Source: Ostrea edulis
Taxonomy: Eukaryota
DNA: 64,000 nt
Direction: 5' to 3'
Assembly (NCBI RefSeq): GCF_947568905.1
Contig: NC_079169.1
Span: 11,098,001 to 11,162,000, forward strand
Shown in pieces: positions 59,619 to 64,000 of the stretch; position 1 is the first letter of the stretch; every line of letters begins with the position of its first letter. The translations under genes and the position numbers were made by a program. The notes under the pieces are model-generated. The model did not search any database. It was not told the DNA's origin and worked only from the letters and a program-made list of their open reading frames with translations.

Positions 59619-62453
59619 AAAACGTGTATATTTTTAACCATTTGACAGAAGTTGTGAGGACAGAAAGTACATTAGGAGGACAAAAGTCGTTCCCATAAAC
59701 GTGAAATGTGGATACCCTGTATAAATCTTATGTACATACCCCCTCCCTTCTACAATGAGATTTTTATACAGAACCAATAATTTATCCAAAATATGTTACT
59801 TCCCCACCGATCACCCTTATAAGTCATTCTGAATAGTCAGTTTCTACCTTCTGTAAGCTTCTGAGATGACCACATGCGAGATACTAATATCTGTAATTGT
59901 TCAATTTCCAAAGGTTATGAGATTTCTAAGTTATGTATGGATTGATCCATAACCATCGATTAGGAATTTCAGGTACTCTGCAGTACATAGCCTTGACTTT
60001 TAACTTTTAAAATTCAATATTTTGGAGTTGCGTATTGATATATTTGTATTTAGAAATGATTTGATCTTTTAAAGGTCTGTATACTTTGTCTTTGCCAGTT
60101 TCTCCTTATTAAGTTACTCTGTACATGTAATATTAATCCTGTAAAGCTTCGAAACTGAATGACTTAGAATTTGATTGTAGTGCTAATTGGTATTGGGAAC
60201 TGAAAAAATGGGTGGGGGTGATCAGAGAGAGTATGGGTCCAAACGTCAGGTGCCTGTGGGGTCAGACCCAGAGTTATAATGTAGCTCGAGTATTGATCCA
60301 TTTCTAATAAGTATTGATCCGTCTCTACTAACAGTGGAGGCTTTTAAGAAAGACCGAGTCTCATCTGATCTCTTTATTTCCTTGTCCATACAGTTTTACA
60401 TAACTTGTTTTTTTTATGAAGACTAATATGTACAGACTAGTCATTTGGAGTACACATCGGCATCGACAGTGAGCAATTTCTCAAATTTACTTAAATTCGG
60501 TTTTCAACTTTTTTTGTTGTTGTACATTTTGCTTTAAGAGAGTGTATCTAGCAAAGCTTTTAAATGTCCTGATGAATCTTTGGCATAAATATAAAGTATA
60601 TCCAAGCTTCTGGAAAAAACACTGCAGTTGCAGAGAAATGCCACCTTTATGATAATTCACAAAAAGTCACATGTCCTAATTGCTGGTTCCACTTTTTCCA
60701 TCATGTTGGATTCTGCACAACACACCTCAACGATTCAACAGATGCTTCGGACTGCGTGTAGAAAAGTGTACAGAGGAGTAAACCACTGCACTTGATTTCA
60801 GTTTAGGAATATACAATGATCCCTGATATCTCAAGTGTGTCCTCTTATACACTTAATGCAATATTACAAATTCTCACAAAGAAGATCTGATAGCTGTGTA
60901 CAGTCTTTTTTTATGCTTTAATCACTGTGTGTTCCGGATTACAGAGAGATGGTCATACATTTACTTCTTCAAAAGTCTGACTTACAACAAAAAGCAACAA
61001 GGTATTAAAATATCCATACAGTTACACAAATCCATACAGTTACACAAAGGCCATAGTGACAAGTGGGAGGACTATGTTTACACAGTCGCATATCACCGAC
61101 ACATGGACAAACAAGTTGGCTGCGTCAAAGTATGCAAATAAAATTTACACAACACTAGTTTGGGTGTCAACCAACTGACACAAATCAACAAATACAGTTT
61201 TAAAACTTCACATCAAAATGTTCAAAGTGGTAATAATTTTTAATACAAAGTTTTCAGCTAAAGCCAAGAAAATAAACTAAAACTTAATGTCAAAGACACA
61301 CAACAAATTTAGATTAATACAATTTTCCATGTTTGTTTAGAAGACTAGTCAGATGCTTAACTAAAACTGCGAAATGTGACCCGTACAAAAAAAAAAAATA
61401 CTGGTAAAGTACCAGATAAAACTGATATTCTAAGTATAGGTATTTACTATTTACATTTTCCATTAGTCAAGAAACAGAGTGTTAACTACCATACTATTTG
61501 TGCTCTCCACATATTTTTCCATGAAGTTAAAAATGGTGTATTTCATTATCAGTTTCTCTGCATGCCATAAGCTTTTCTTTTTTTTTTGAAATCTAAGATC
61601 CTAACTCAAGTATCACTCATCTATATCACAGTCCCAATGGTTGCGCAATATCTGTCACGCCCACCTTATATACAGAACAACATACAATGATATACACAGA
61701 TATGTGTACAGTAAAATATCATTTAATTGATTTCCCAAGTAAAAACATCTATTAATGAATAATAATGAATGAATGGACTAATGGAATCAATAAATTGTTA
61801 CTGCATTCCAGACATGAAACATTGCTGAAGTAGATCAACCTGTGTCTCTGTGGCAATGAACACTTTTAAAATTTCTGTTTGCAATACCATCTGCTTTACT
61901 GATAGCACAATATAAATCCTATTTTTTTTCTGACATACATGTAACAAAAACATTTTGCCTACCGTAGCTACTAAACAATATCTTGCAAGCTTAATAGCGT
62001 AAATTTGGGTATACTTCCTGATCTACATGTATGATAACAAATGGCAGTTATCTAACAATTAAACACCAAGTACAAGTGAACTCTTAAAACATATCTCACT
62101 AGTGTCATAAAACACCACAAAGTATGTTAAAAAACCCAGAGATGATTCCTTGATATAAAATGACTTGATACATGTTTACTGCCAACAACAAATTTTTTAA
62201 TGTAGTTGGCTCTCTACTGTTATATCATAAGTAATGCATGGACAAGAATAAGCCACAACTTAATTGCAAACAACGAAAATGTAGTTATTTTTCAACAGTT
62301 ACTTCTGTCGTAATGCACGGACGAATACATGCTATAACTTAATTGCCTGTAAACATTTAGTCTTTGTGTCATGCTTACAGCAATATATATATACACACAT
62401 GTAATACATCGATAACAATAGAAGAATTCAATAACAAAACAATATCATTGATT

Positions 62454-62652
62454 TCATAAGAGGGGCTGTTGTTGGGGAGGGGGGTGGTAAAACTGTCTGC
62501 CGTCCACCTGTGACATAGTATACTGAAAGTTCTGCTGGGGAACCCCACTCGGCGTGGAGGACACTTGCTGTGGCATTGATGGATTGTGGGATGGCGGTAT
62601 TGCATTCTGGGATTGATCTGGTGGATAAGTGTTCATGTTTGAATCCGACACA
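62454..62652 (-). CDS. Terminal coding exon of an upstream gene, probably STAM (signal-transducing adaptor molecule)
   Basis: ttttcaacag| acceptor and P/Q-rich frame ending HPPPQQQPLL*. I recall vertebrate STAM2 ending in QQPLL. The rest of the gene would lie beyond the window, so identity is unconfirmed. Confidence 0.55.
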
Positions 62653-62938
62653 CTGTTGAAAAGAAATATGCACAATTCAATAACGAAACATAAAATTCAC
62701 CAGTGATATTCAAGTCTCTAGTTTTCATAATTCTTGAAAGCATATACATTTAGTTACATCGTTCATTGATTTGTTATTTGGGGGGGGGGGGGGGGGATTC
62801 TTTTGTTACATGTACAATAAAACATGCTTATAACAAACATGCATATATCGGATTTTCACTTATTGCACAGAGAAATTTATCCCTCTAGGGAGGAAAATCG
62901 CAAATATTGTATTGTATATATATAACAAAGTTTGGTTA

Positions 62939-63918
62939 GGGCTATTCCAGAAATAAATATATGGGGGGGTTGGGAGGCACCTTTTGTATATACCAAGCAC
63001 CCATAAAAAAAAAATAAAAAATTACCCCATGACCCATCAAATTAATAAACTCATTTTACAATGACCCATCTAAAAAAAAAAAAAAAACTAACCAGACCCA
63101 CCACAAAAATATTTTTAAAAATGAAAACGGTACAAATCTCGCGAGGTTTTCGGGACAAACATTCTAGTCAATGATGCGGTAATGCCTGTGCGACATTGTA
63201 TCACAGTAGTTCTGAAGAAACGATGTCACAGCAACAATGAAAGGCATCTATGGCGGGAATGTTGGAAAGATTGGGAGTTCAAACGATGCTATTATCATGA
63301 AATGGGTATGGATATGTTTTTCTACGAATCGTTCGTCTTCTAATGGAGCCCGCGCCCGGAGGCCTCTATATCACCATCACACCGACTGATAAATATAACG
63401 CATCGGTACCCTCGTATAAATCAACTAAGGTTTGCCTATTTTTATTAGAAAACGGAATACCTGTTGGTTTCAAAATATTCCCAAAATCGATGCACTGTAA
63501 ACTGTAATAATCTACAGAACAGAGTTCGCCGCCATCACGTCCAAAGGGACCCTACTAAACGCGCCTCTAATTTGAAGAGTGCCGTTATGGAAAGTTATGC
63601 GCTGCAAAGAGCGACAACTCGAATAGTTCTATGTTACTTCCGATTTCCGATTTCGAAAGCAGCATTTCGAAAGCTCGTTTTCAATTTTCCCTCCGACGTT
63701 TTGTAACCAACACGACAAGAGCGACAATAAAAATATTCTGAAAACTCAACACCCACATGGCACAAATTAAAACAATAGAAACTACCCACCACCCATAATA
63801 AATATTTTTTTAACAGTCCAACCACGGACCAATTAAAATATGGAAAAATACGACCACCCATGCAAAAAAATATTGTTTGCCGCCCGACCCCCCCATTTGA
63901 TCATTTCTGGAACAGCCC
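62939..63918. mobile_element. PIF/Harbinger-type MITE
   Basis: TIR gggctattccagaaat / atttctggaacagccc with TTA duplication (62936-62938 / 63919-63921). Confidence 0.8.
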
Positions 63919-64000
63919 TTACATTGAACTGGTTTTTTTGTTTTTTGTTTGTTGGCCCTGGAAGTTTGCTATACCCATGTTTTACTGTAAAACTATAATG

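Overview
Eukaryotic genomic DNA, AT-rich and dense in introns and transposable elements. It is most likely from a bivalve mollusc (oyster-like); this is inferred from Helentron-type elements with ~166-bp central repeats and the gene and repeat repertoire. Host genes: (1) an MGAT4-family N-acetylglucosaminyltransferase on + (exons 381-535?, 8936-9050, 10953-12109); (2) a complete 7-exon glucoside xylosyltransferase (GXYLT) on + (35797-47765, 384 aa by my splicing); (3) an intronless Cys-loop ligand-gated cation channel on - (54391-55626) that has lost the acetylcholine-binding residues; (4) a 3-exon AAC4-like gene on - (57379-58671) whose first exon has a +1 frame break; (5) the Q/P-rich last coding exon of a probable STAM gene on - (62454-62652). 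Mobile elements: a near-intact Ngaro/DIRS tyrosine-recombinase retrotransposon (gag, RT/RNase H, YR, SGNH hydrolase) enclosed by the inverted ends of a foldback element; two miniature LTR elements (TRIMs) with tRNA-like LTRs; a deleted Kolobok with THAP and KolX remnants; a decayed Tc1; a decayed RTE LINE; SINEs; several Helentron-type non-autonomous elements; many MITEs with readable target-site duplications; and large minisatellite arrays (31, 31, 43, 29 and 21 bp units). I found no CRISPR, rRNA or bona fide tRNA gene. All family assignments come from motif recognition by eye; no database searches were run.
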